DNA of 63,974 nt, counting the filler, from Octopus bimaculoides (taxonomy: Eukaryota), in NCBI RefSeq assembly GCF_001194135.2. It is 7 parts of 6 records of this genome, joined end to end, with 100 filler letters (N's around TTAATTAATTAA, not from the genome) between each part and the next. Parts side by side here need not be neighbours in the genome. Positions count along the whole stretch, not along the records: positions 1 to 14,066 come from NC_068992.1; 6 more parts are not named here. One strand, given 5' to 3'. The position numbers and the translations under genes were made by a program. The notes beneath the pieces were generated by a model. That model searched no databases. It was not told the origin of the DNA and saw only the letters and a program-made list of their open reading frames with translations. Shown here in pieces: positions 1-10,985 of this stretch. Within the stretch, counting starts at the first letter, position 1; each line of letters opens with the position of its first letter.

Positions 1-34
<34 letters not shown>

Positions 35-35
35 G

Positions 36-355
36 AAAGTAAGCACATAAATGTGAAACAAAGTGGGGAGAAATAGTACTCGAATACCGGAAGTAGAGTA
101 ATATGCTCTATTATAATTGAAGCTGCAAAAACATCGCAAAATATTACAATAAGTTGCTACTCAGAATTTCATCTTCCCGTTCGTCGGACAGCTTAGATTC
201 GTCCGACGAACTCGAACGTGAAACTCTGAGTAGTAGTTCATTGTGATGTTTTTGTGGTGTTTCTGCATCTTTAATAATAATAAAACATATTACTCTACCT
301 CCGGTATTCGAGTACCATTTTTTCTCACCTTGTTTCACATTTATGTGCTTACTTT
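36..355. mobile_element. Palindromic (head-to-head) repeat, probably paired Penelope-type terminal repeats
   Basis: 36-192 and 198-355 are reverse complements. The outer 26 nt AAAGTAAGCACATAAATGTGAAACAA match exactly and the remainder is diverged. Each arm contains a CCGACGA-N10-GAAA hammerhead-like core pointing outward. Confidence 0.7.
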
Positions 356-959
356 GGTGTAACCCGCTCCTTTTAAAGAAAGTTTCAGCGACTCTACACA
401 AGTAGGAAGAAGAAACAGCTGAAAAAAAGGATATATATATATATACGTTTCAAAAATTTAAACAGAAGTACGACAAGGAATAAGCAAAGAACACATGAAA
501 GACATGGACAGACTCTTTCCTCGTCAGTTGTCGTCCAAAAACAAATCATTAAAAATTTACGTCTTTAACGATAATATTGTTCACTTTTGTTGGCGTCAAC
601 AGCAAAACGTTACTGGGAATAATGAGCGAATGTAGAGGACGGTGACGATAACAAACACGACACAGGAAGTTGATACGAATATAAATGTGAATATACAAAC
701 AAAAGGAAATAGACAATATACGAAAAATAATAACGGCCGTACGACTCCGAGACAGAACAAGCCGTGTGTATAAGTAACGCAATAAAAAATGATGTCTTAT
801 AGGATTTGGAGAAGGAAAGTGGAGAGATGAAAAGTTAAAACAAAAAGCGAAAAAGAGCCGAACCTGACGCTGAAAGTAAAAACAGCAACAGCACCCCAGC
901 CTTATATATATACATATATACATATACATACATACATATATGTGTGTGTGTGTGTGCAC

Positions 960-1035
960 AAGAAGTATATTAACTGGACGCTCGTTGAAAGGAGAAAGTT
1001 TAACGTTTCGAGCATAGTTCTTCGTCGGAAGGAGG
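960..1035 (-). mobile_element. Penelope-like terminal-repeat fragment with degenerate hammerhead-like core
   Basis: Minus strand reads CCGACGA-A-GAAC-TAT-GCTC-GAAA-CGTT. It resembles the copy at ~51790-51870. Confidence 0.5.
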
Positions 1036-1565
1036 AAGAAAAAATCTAAAGAAGGAGAAGAAGAAGAAGAAGAAATAAATCTTTTTTAAATCACTCTGTC
1101 ATCCTAATGAAATTCTTTACACGCATGCATACACACGCACACATTGACAAACATACACACACATATACACGCACACACTCAGCATGAGGTATATATTTTT
1201 CTAGAGAGTGAGAGAGAGAGTGGTAAATATATATATAGAAAAGGGCAAAATTTGCAATGAGAAAAGCGACAAATGAAAGAGACAAACAAATAGAGAGATT
1301 TTTTTCTGTTGCTGTCACAGATCTAGAAATTTTGAAATTAAGGGAAAATTTTCAAAATTTTGTGTATTGATGTACTTTTTGACGCTGAATCGGAGTTTGC
1401 GATTCATTTATTCCGGAAAAGGTTTAGAAATATGTTATAGAGGTTTAAAATTTGACCGTTTTTACACAATCAAAGACAGGATTTGTACGTGGTAGCTGTG
1501 ATAAAATGAAAGTAAACATTAGAAGACGAAGTTTTAAACAAAATGAAAGTGATGCGTGAGAGATA

Positions 1566-1605
<40 letters not shown>

Positions 1606-2989
1606 NNNNNNNNNNNNNNNNNNNNNNNNNNNNNNNNNNNNNNNNNNNNNNNNNNNNNNNNNNNNNNNNNNNNNNNNNNNNNNNNNNNNNNNNNNNNNNN
1701 NNNNNNNNNNNNNNNNNNNNNNNNNNNNNNNNNNNNNNNNNNNNNNNNNNNNNNNNNNNNNNNNNNNNNNNNNNNNNNNNNNNNNNNNNNNNNNNNNNNN
1801 NNNNNNNNNNNNNNNNNNNNNNNNNNNNNNNNNNNNNNNNNNNNNNNNNNNNNNNNNNNNNNNNNNNNNNNNNNNNNNNNNNNNNNNNNNNNNNNNNNNN
1901 NNNNNNNNNNNNNNNNNNNNNNNNNNNNNNNNNNNNNNNNNNNNNNNNNNNNNNNNNNNNNNNNNNNNNNNNNNNNNNNNNNNNNNNNNNNNNNNNNNNN
2001 NNNNNNNNNNNNNNNNNNNNNNNNNNNNNNNNNNNNNNNNNNNNNNNNNNNNNNNNNNNNNNNNNNNNNNNNNNNNNNNNNNNNNNNNNNNNNNNNNNNN
2101 NNNNNNNNNNNNNNNNNNNNNNNNNNNNNNNNNNNNNNNNNNNNNNNNNNNNNNNNNNNNNNNNNNNNNNNNNNNNNNNNNNNNNNNNNNNNNNNNNNNN
2201 NNNNNNNNNNNNNNNNNNNNNNNNNNNNNNNNNNNNNNNNNNNNNNNNNNNNNNNNNNNNNNNNNNNNNNNNNNNNNNNNNNNNNNNNNNNNNNNNNNNN
2301 NNNNNNNNNNNNNNNNNNNNNNNNNNNNNNNNNNNNNNNNNNNNNNNNNNNNNNTATATATATATATATATGCATCTATGTATGTACACGCACACACACA
2401 TGTATATATGTGTGTGTGTACGTACGTACGTATGAATGTATGTATTTTAAGTTGAAATTTTTCAATTTATTCCTGTTTTTGGTTACCAATCTTCAGGCAA
2501 TTACGAAAATATAACGTGGGAAGTTTAATATTCAAGGAGCGTACATAAAATTTTGAGTAGCGTGGCATAAACTAGCTAGGAAAATAGCAAAGGAATATTA
2601 TTGAAAATGACAAAGGAATAATTATTTATTGATAATGCTTAAGTGTTTGGAAAACGAGTATTAAATTTAAAACTAAAAGAATTAACGCTATGAAAATAAT
2701 TTCTTCAAAGACATCTAAAAGATATGAGAATATGTTATAAAAATAAGTCTGTATGCCGGTATGAAATAATGACAGATGACAATATAGTGAAACTGAAGCG
2801 ATTCGTAACGGATTGAATTATCCCAGCTTCCGAAAATGTGAGTTAAGTTGCGGTTATCACAACTGTAATCGTTTTATCTGTTTGGAGGAATAAACCTTCG
2901 AATAAAGAACTTTTCAGAGAACATCCAAAGATAAACAGTTCTGAAAAGCTAATAAAAGACGCTGTTATCTGCAAGTATTGCCATTTTAT

Positions 2990-3452
2990 CCCTCTTCATT
3001 CACTATTCCTGCGTGAGTTGTGGGGGCAGTGTTCTCGAGCGGCTCCTCTATAGGCACCTATCAGAAGCAACCAATACACTTTCCAGCTGGATTCCCAAGT
3101 GTGACCAATTGAGACTATGGATTTTATCTAACGATCTCGTTCTCGGTCTATTCCTGGATCTCCAGCCGGTCGGCTCCTCTTGAAGAATCCGACTTGCGAT
3201 TCTTTCCTGCGACATTCTAATCATATGCCCGTAGTACTGGAGCTGTGATTTATCAATGCAGAGAAGAAGCTGCTCGATCTGGAAAGACCTTGAGAGACTC
3301 CATGATTTCCGAGCTACGCACCCTGTCGAGTAAACCTTACTCCAGAGATCCTTCGGAGAACCCCACTTCAGTCGCTTGTATTCACACTCGTCCTCTTTTC
3401 GTCATTACCCTACATTCGTGACTATAGGTGAGGATAGGCACGAAAACCGACG
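2990..3452 (-). mobile_element. RTE-group LINE, 3' end of ORF (degenerate)
   Basis: Minus-strand translation SVFVPILTYSHEC..MTK..IQATE..FLRRISGV..LDRVRSSEI..QLQYYGHMIRMSQERIASRIL..GRSRNRPRTR matches the RTE post-RT region. Stops and frameshifts are present. Confidence 0.85.
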
Positions 3453-4194
3453 TGCCATTTTATTTTATTTTATTATTTGAATAAAGCTGGGGGATCAGAT
3501 TTGAGCGGAAATTACTCTATAAAAATTAGAATTCAGAATTGGACATCGAATTAGAAAATCAATAGTTCGTGTCTTTCAAAGAATGAAAGTACTTAGATGA
3601 ACTGCATCCTTCTTTTAATGATAATTTAGTGCATGTCCGTACGTTGTGACAATTTTAGTACTTAAGCAGTGTTTAACAACATAAAAAAGTTAAATGGCAT
3701 TTCATAGCATGTAGGCACTTAACAACTAAACCATAGTAAGTATCTTTTTGTTCGGCAACAATTTAAGAGTGACTAAGATTATTAGTAGGCTGATCGATAG
3801 ATAGATAGATAGATAGATAGATAAAGAAAGACTATATGAATGTACACACAAAGATTAAATATATGTATGTATATAAATGTGTGTGTATATATACATGTAT
3901 AGACTATTTATATATGTACACACACACACATAACTGTGGAGTTTCCAGTCTTATACGATAGACGAGGTTTTTGCAATTTCTTGCTGATCACCCTGCACAG
4001 ATGACTAGTTTATAGCGATCAAGTGTTTGTGCTGTATTTGAGCTAATCACTCCCTCCATCAAGCCTACATTACCTGAACAGATTCGCGGTATGTCACATG
4101 TCAGATATCGAAGTGATCGCTGATTCACTAAAAAAAAGGGGGGGGGGGGATTGGTCGTCCTAGAACTGCAGTAGGAGACCCCAGCCCAAGGTGT

Positions 4195-4268
4195 CACGCA
4201 GTGGGACTGAACGTAAAACCGTGCGGTTTCGAATTAAACTTCTTAACCACACAGCCATACCTGCGCGT
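4195..4268 (-). mobile_element. tRNA-derived SINE head (Octopus OK-like family)
   Basis: Reverse complement GCGCAGGTATGGCTGTGTGGTTAAG...GTTCAGTCCCACTGCG has A/B-box-like motifs and matches heads at 6105, 32221, 44085 and 61018. Confidence 0.7.
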
Positions 4269-4685
4269 GTATCAAATTACCCACACAAAAAACCCCTAAT
4301 AGTTCAAAAGTGTAACCGTCTTAATTGCGGAACTTGCATCAACCTCACGCAACTTAACAGTCCGGAAAAAGAAGTCAATAAAGTATGTACCACCAGTCTT
4401 AAAATAGCACTGTGGTTGATTTGTTTGACTAACCCTACAAAACAGTGCACCAGCGTGGCCGCAGTCCAATCAGTGAAACTAGTAAAAGAGTAAGAAATAT
4501 GTATTAGTGTGTTTCCTTTTTTTTTTTTTTTCATCTATATTTCTGAAATTGGGATAATTTTCAAAAATAAAAAATTGAATTAGAATTGACATATTAATTT
4601 GGTGATCCTTAAATTTAGAAAGTTACTTTCGTTTTTATCATTTTGCATTTAGTACATTTTGCTCAACATATGAATATAAAAAGTC

Positions 4686-4957
4686 ATGACACTTGTGCAA
4701 CAAGAAATTTGTTATCAAATGCAGTGGGTGTGGTGAACACTATATTGGTCAAACAGGGTAGTACAGAATGAAGATAGACCGACAACATATACGAGACCAG
4801 AGGACAAGATTAATACCCGTGAATAAACATCTAGATCTTTCCCCAACAAAGATTTCAAATACCAAATTTCCCCTTTATATATGTATTGAGAACAACTTCG
4901 ATTAAATAAGGAAAATGTGTTTAAGAATATAGACCAAAACTAAATACAGGGCAATAG
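4686..4957 (+). mobile_element. Penelope-like element GIY-YIG endonuclease fragment
   Basis: With frameshifts: MT..CATRNL..VIKCSGCGEHYIGQTG..RMKIDRQHIRDQRTRLIPVNKHLD..FKYQIFPF..LRLNKENVF..RPKLNT. This is a typical PLE GIY-YIG C-terminus. Confidence 0.85.
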
Positions 4958-5007
4958 AATGAGAAAATACAGTATATTCGACTCGGTTAAACAACTAATC
5001 CCTTCTT

Positions 5008-5183
5008 AAGGCCTGGAAATTTGGGGGAAGGGGGGAAGTCGGTTACATCGACTCCAGTGCTTGACACGGAAAAATGAAAGGCAAAGTCGACCTCGGCGGA
5101 CTTTGAACTCAGAACATACAAACGGGCGGAATGCCGCTAAGCATTTCTCCCGGCGCACTAACGAGTCTTCCAGCTCACTGCCT
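5008..5183 (-). mobile_element. Deu/Nin-domain-type SINE
   Basis: GAAAGGCAAAGTCGACCTCGGCGGA.TTTGAACTCAGAAC...GCTAAGCATTT...CCAGCTCACTGCC, with many copies in the window. The central segment resembles the Deu/Nin domain (TTTCATCCTTTCGGGGTCGATAAAATAAGTACCAG). Confidence 0.8.
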
Positions 5184-5759
5184 TTAGCTACCCAACTAAT
5201 AACAACAAAAATAACAGCTCTAAATCAAAAGTTAAGGTAAAGGGCTTCATCTGGGTTTTCGAACCCCTAATTTCAAAGCACTGTGTAATTACACTTATTC
5301 GACACTATTTGCTGATGTCACTCTAGGATTCACCAACCAGATTATGCTTTTTGGTTAAAATCGGACTCTGAGAGAGAAAAAAACAAGTGATACTGTTAAA
5401 CATTCAGTTGACCGTGATACCAGAAAAACAAACGACGTCTTACGTGAGTGAACCAACCGGAACGCTGGGCTACTGTCGGACAAAAATATGTGACCAGGAC
5501 ATTTAATAAAGAAATGATGTCTACAGATAATCAGCCAACCAGAGCTATCTTAACAGAGTTGTAGTCCTCCGGCAAATCAATGCACTGAGTTCTGTTCATT
5601 CATTCACCGCAAAGCAAAGAATACAAAGATCTAAGTTGGGTCCCCTAGATCCACGAGGCCCACGGGAAACTGCCCAGTGTGCTCATGCCTTAGGACAGTA
5701 TTGACTGGACCGCTACTGGACAAAAACAAGTGGCCAAAACAGTTTATAAGCAAGCTGTA

Positions 5760-5930
5760 GACCAACCAGAACTCTAATAAGTAATCAGAGCGTATGATAA
5801 ACAAATGCACATACTCGGAGAATCAGTCAGCTAGAACGCTAGTAAGTAACCAGAGCGTATAATAAACAATAAATAACCAGCAGTCAGTCAACCAGAACGC
5901 TAGACCACTGGCGGACAAAAACAGGTGACG
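5760..5930 (+). repeat. Degenerate ~63-bp tandem repeat
   Basis: AGAAC(T/G)CTA(A/G)TAAGTAA(T/C)CAGAGCGTAT(G/A)ATAAACAA at ~5768 and ~5833, with a partial third unit at ~5894. Confidence 0.7.
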
Positions 5931-6104
5931 TCTTTGAGAAAGTATCCAATCAGGACTTGGCCCATGTCTTAAAACATATATAAAGCAAAATCGATTTGAA
6001 ATATAATTCAAGTTCCATGAGAAAAATTAACAATTCTCCTTCACACAACACGAGTGAGCTTGCGAAATTTTTATTATTATTATTATTATTTGTGGTTCTG
6101 TGAA

Positions 6105-6290
6105 TAGGCTGTGTGGTAAAAAGCATCCTTCCCAATCACATGGTTCCCCGTTCCGTCCTACTGCTTGGTACCCTGGGCAAGTGGCGTCCATTATAGCAAC
6201 GAGCCGACAAAAGCCTTGAGGGCGGGGTGATTTGGAAGACGAATACACGGCAGTCTAATGACTTAAGGAAATAAAAGGTAAAAGATATCT
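6105..6290 (+). mobile_element. tRNA-derived SINE (OK-like), degenerate
   Basis: GGCTGTGTGGTAAAAAGC...GGTTCCCCGTTCCGTCC...CCCTGGGCAAGTG...GCCGACAAAAGCCTTG matches the other copies. Confidence 0.7.
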
Positions 6291-6676
6291 AATTGCTGAC
6301 ATAATTTATTGCTTTGAAATCTACGCAAATTTAAAATTTCTAGCATGCAATATTTGCTATGAAATTTATCGAACAATTAAACATTCATATTTCTTATTGC
6401 TGTGAGACTTATTAAACACTTGAACCATGCAAATTTGCTATGAAACTTATTGAACTGTTAATTTTGAGCATGTTTTCTCTCTATGAAAATGTTCCCTGCG
6501 CATTCGCTTACTTTTAAATTTTCATCATTTTCTGTATTTTTGTATTTGCCATTGCAACCCATATGATATTTCAATAAATAATTTTTTTTTTAAGCACTAC
6601 AACTCATTTTAAGACCATGGCACATTTTCAACTCCAAAACCAATTCCCTTTTATTCCTAATTGTGTGGAAATAAAC

Positions 6677-6726
<50 letters not shown>

Positions 6727-9334
6727 TATATATATATATATAATACAAAGAATATATATGCATGTATACACACATATATGTACATACTTACATCTACATG
6801 TGTATATAGATGCATATCAGGGTACAGGACGTTAGAACAATGAACTACAGACTACGGAACAAAGACATAGGAAAACAGATAGCCACTTGGAATTAATCCT
6901 TCGTCAGCTGCCTATACATACACACATACACACACGTATGCACGCGCACGCACACACACATATATAATTAAAGTTTGTTCTTATGTTCAGTTATAATAAA
7001 AACAATTTTACATTAATTTGAACGATTACTCCATACTTTTGTAAAATACAAATTTATTATCCTCTAACAAGAATAGTATTCACAGTGACTTCGAAGTTTC
7101 GGCCATCTATACTTTATACAACAAGTGAAGACACCTACTGATCAGTTAAAACATACCACCTACTTGCATTATTTTTGTGAACTCTTAAAAATTTCATTAC
7201 AAAAAATGCTGACTCACTCAATTGATAAGTTTTAAAATACTGGACTGAACTTTGAACTTGGACCTTTACATTGTCAAAGCAAAGGATTAAATCCAATGAA
7301 ACCAAAGATAACCAAAACTAATAGCACATCCGCAGACCAAAAACCTTCCTTTACCTATCCACTTCCGTTTTGTGAACCACTAAAAAAAAGAAACACAATC
7401 CTATGACCTGATGATGATACACTTAAATATACGCAATTATCTGATAAAGTTCTACACGCATGAATAAATTTTAAACACTAGCATAACCCTAAATTTAATC
7501 AATAAAAAGTTCTCCACGTCACCTCTCCATCATAACCTATAATGCAAACTAAGTACCATTCAAGCGAACCCCACAAATCCCAGAAAAAAATTTATCTCAA
7601 CAGATACTATATAAAGCGAAGATCGACCGAATGCATCACAGCCCGATGGTTGCTTAACAGGTCGAAACTTCGAAGTCACTGTCAACGCTCCAATTGTTTT
7701 TGTTTCAGCTCACGAGCTCAGATCAGGTCACTTGCTATGCAAGTACATCTCCGTAATATTTATATGCATACAGGTTTGTTAGAACAAGCAGGAGAAATAT
7801 AACTCAAATACTCAAATTAAAAAAAAAAGAGAATACTCTTTACTCTTTTATTATTTTTAGAGTTACAAAAGCGATTCAATGGATGAAAGTGTAGTACATA
7901 ACACTTTTCGTCCTTGAATCACTTTTGTAACTTTCTGAAATGTGTGTGTGTGTGTGTGCGCGCGCGCGCGCGCGTGCATCTGCATGTGTGCTGCATATGT
8001 GTGCGTCTGGGTGTATAGGTGTGCGTGTTTTCATATATATANNNNNNNNNNNNNNNNNNNNNNNNNNNNNNNNNNNNNNNNNNNNNNNNNNNNNNNNNNN
8101 NNNNNNNNNNNNNNNNNNNNNNNNNNNNNNNNNNNNNNNNNNNNNNNNNNNNNNNNNNNNNNNNNNNNNNNNNNNNNTATATATATATATATATCCATAT
8201 AGGATCTATATATGAAAACACGCACTCGCGTACTCACAGACGCGCACGCGCATACACGCGCGCGCGTGCACATAAGTTTAATGTTGGTTTTCTTATTGAT
8301 TTTGTTTTGCTATTTTGGTTAATACTTCAGCTGTTTAATTTTAGTGTATTTCTTAATTTTTCTGTTTCGGAAGCGAAGTATTGTCGAAATACGGGTAGCT
8401 CGGGTAGCTCGGGTAGCTAAGATATGAGAAATATGAGAAAATGTGAACTGCAGAGAAAACATGGAGCGACAAGAAAAGAGAGATTGGCAAAAGAAAGACA
8501 ATGAGGGCGACTGAGAAACGATCAAGTGAAAAAGTAAGAAAGAGAAAGATAACGATAGAGTATGTCAATGGCTGAAAGCAAAAGAAGGTAACGCAGCGGT
8601 CTCCAATCGTGTTTGCACCATGAGCTGGTTTCATGCAAGACAATTTTTCTACAAACCGGAGGATCGTGTGCGTAACAAAATGCAACAGAGTACATAATGT
8701 ATAATTTACTTATTACATATATAATACATGTATATCACATATATAATGCAAAAATACTCTGCAGACACCGATTGTCAATAAAATAAGACATACAATTTTT
8801 AAGTTTATTTCTTTCTATGCGACCCGGTGGTCGGAGAGATGATGAAAGATGGAGGAAAGAGGGACTATAAAAGGAGAGAAACTGGGGATAGTAAGGGTCG
8901 AAGGAAAAAAGGAAATGGAAGACAGATGTGTGAGTGGAAAGGAGAAAAAGATTATAGAAGAAAAAGAGGAGGATAGAGGTGAAAATCAATAAAGAGGATA
9001 AGATTATTGATAAATGCAGATGTAAATGGAGATAGCGGTAAGACGAGGGAAAATGGAAAGGCGGGTGGATGAGAAAGAAGACAAAGACGAAGAAGAAGAA
9101 GTAAAATAATGAAGGAAAGAAGGAGGAGAGACACACACATAGTGAATGACTGTGAGAGAGAATATTCGAACTATAATGTATTTGTATGTGTTGAGGTAAT
9201 TAATGACTGATCAGTAACGACGAGAGAGTAAAAGGATGAGTAGACTGAACGAGGGAGTAACGGAGTCGGTGGCAGAGCAAGTATGGTGGGGGCGACGAGA
9301 AAGATAGGAAAAGGCGGGACAGTGACAGCGTTTT

Positions 9335-9717
9335 TGTTGTTGGCACTCCGTCGCTTACGACGACGAGGCTTCCAGTTGATCCTATCAACGGAACAGCCTG
9401 CTCGTGAAATTAACGTGCAAGTGGCTGAGCACTCCACAGACACGTGTACCCTTAACGTAGTTCTCGAGGATATTCAGCGTGACACAGTGTGACAAGGCTG
9501 GCCCTTTGAAATACAGGCACAACAGAAACAGGAAGTAAGAGTGAGAGAAAGTTGTGGTGAAAGAGTACAGCAGGGTTCGCCACCACCCCCTGCCGGAGCC
9601 TCGTGGAGCTTTAGGTGTTTTCGCTCAATAAACACTCACAACGCCCGGTCTGGGAATCGAAACCGCGGTCCTATGACCGCGAGTCCGCTGCCCTAACCAC
9701 TGGGCCATTGCGCCTCC
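9335..9717 (-). mobile_element. Full-length tRNA-derived SINE (Octopus OR-like family)
   Basis: Near-identical to the copy at 36358-36726. Head GGAGGCGCAATGGCCCAGTGGTTAGGGCAGCGGACTCG..GTTTCGATTCCC, tail CGACGGAGTGCCAACAACA, and GTGACAGCGT repeated on both flanks (TSD). Confidence 0.92.
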
Positions 9718-10515
9718 ACTGTGACAGCGTAGGTACATGAGAATAAGTATCAGTGTGTGCGTATATGTGTATGCGTATGTATTTGTTTGTGTATGTATGT
9801 GTAGGGGCATGAAGGTGGGGTAAAAGATAAAGAGAGAAGTAAGATATAGTGTATTGACTAAAAGGTTTGAGATATTGAAAGTTCCTTTTGGTGATTAGAC
9901 TAAGTGCCATCCCTGATTGAGCTAACTTATGAGCAATGATGTTCCAGTTCTTACCATTTTTTTTTTTTTATCATTAAGACAGTAGAGTTCGATTTTAGGG
10001 ATATTTTGGCTGCTCTTACTTTCATGTCAAGCATCCACATAGAAAGAGCGATATAGGAGAAAGTGAGAACGGAAAAGGGTAATGAGACAGAGGGAGAGAG
10101 AGCGCTCTAAATTTATCTTTACACTGAAATATTCATTCATATTTCATTGTAAAATTAACATATTCCGAATTGATCAAAGTTCACTTCTATTACTGAAACG
10201 AACTGAAAATGGAGTTGTTCGTTTTGTTTATCAATTAGGTAGGGAAGAGGTAGGCCGTTTGCTATGACGTGACTTGTCTATATGATTTATATGTTCGAAT
10301 TGAAATTTTATAGATCAAAATCTTTAGAAGAAAAAAGTGTAAAGTAAAAGACGTGCACAGTGAGGGTTGCAGGTCTGGAGAGACAAAGGTTAGAATAAAT
10401 ATTCAGAGCGTGATCTGAGACATGAGAAGAGAGGGATAAATCGAGCAGAGAAGTATTATACACGATAAAGTTGGGGAAACAGCTGAGGCTATCGTAATTG
10501 CAGAGAAGATGCAAG

Positions 10516-10985
10516 GGCGATCTTTCGGTACTAGATCACATAACTTCCGGTTTTAAATATATAATGTGTATATAATGTAATATAGGTGTATAAAGGTTGA
10601 ATGTGGATTCGTCTTTTATGCATATATATATATATATANNNNNNNNNNNNNNNNNNNNNNNNNNNNNNNNNNNNNNNNNNNNNNNNNNNNNNNNNNNNNN
10701 NNNNNNNNNNNNNNNNNNNNNNNNNNNNNNNNNNNNNNNNNNNNNNNNNNNNNNNNNNNNNNNNNNNNNNNNNNNNNNNNNNNNNNNNNNNNNNNNNNNN
10801 NNNNNNNNNNNNNNNNNNNNNNNNNNNNNNNNNNNNNNNNNNNNNNTATATACATATATATATAGTGTGTGTGTGTGTATATATATATGTGTGTGTAACG
10901 CCAACCTTTATACACCTATATTACATTATATATACATTATATATTTAAAACCGGAAGTTATGGGATCTAGTACCGAAAGATCGCC
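10516..10985. mobile_element. MITE-like element with 84-bp terminal inverted repeats
   Basis: 10516-10599 is the reverse complement of 10902-10985 with 2 mismatches. The interior is microsatellite plus an N gap, and no clear TSD is visible. Confidence 0.6.

Noticed and set aside
144-401. 85-aa ORF with an acidic Ser-rich end resembling a piggyBac N-terminus
   Set aside because: It lies across the palindromic repeat, and there are no TTAA/TIR or transposase motifs.
1445-2455. Long ORFs spanning N gaps (also 22834-24192, 26908-28104, 33089-33940, 51904-53129 and others)
   Set aside because: They are made of X from gaps and YI/CV dipeptides from microsatellites.
4195-4268. tRNA-like sequences at SINE heads
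   Set aside because: No complete cloverleaf, and they continue into SINE bodies, so they are not tRNA genes.
6883-6910. CTGACGA cores on the minus strand (also ~515-535, and plus 28523/28557)
   Set aside because: There is no correctly spaced GAAA, stem II and UH, so they cannot be called hammerheads.
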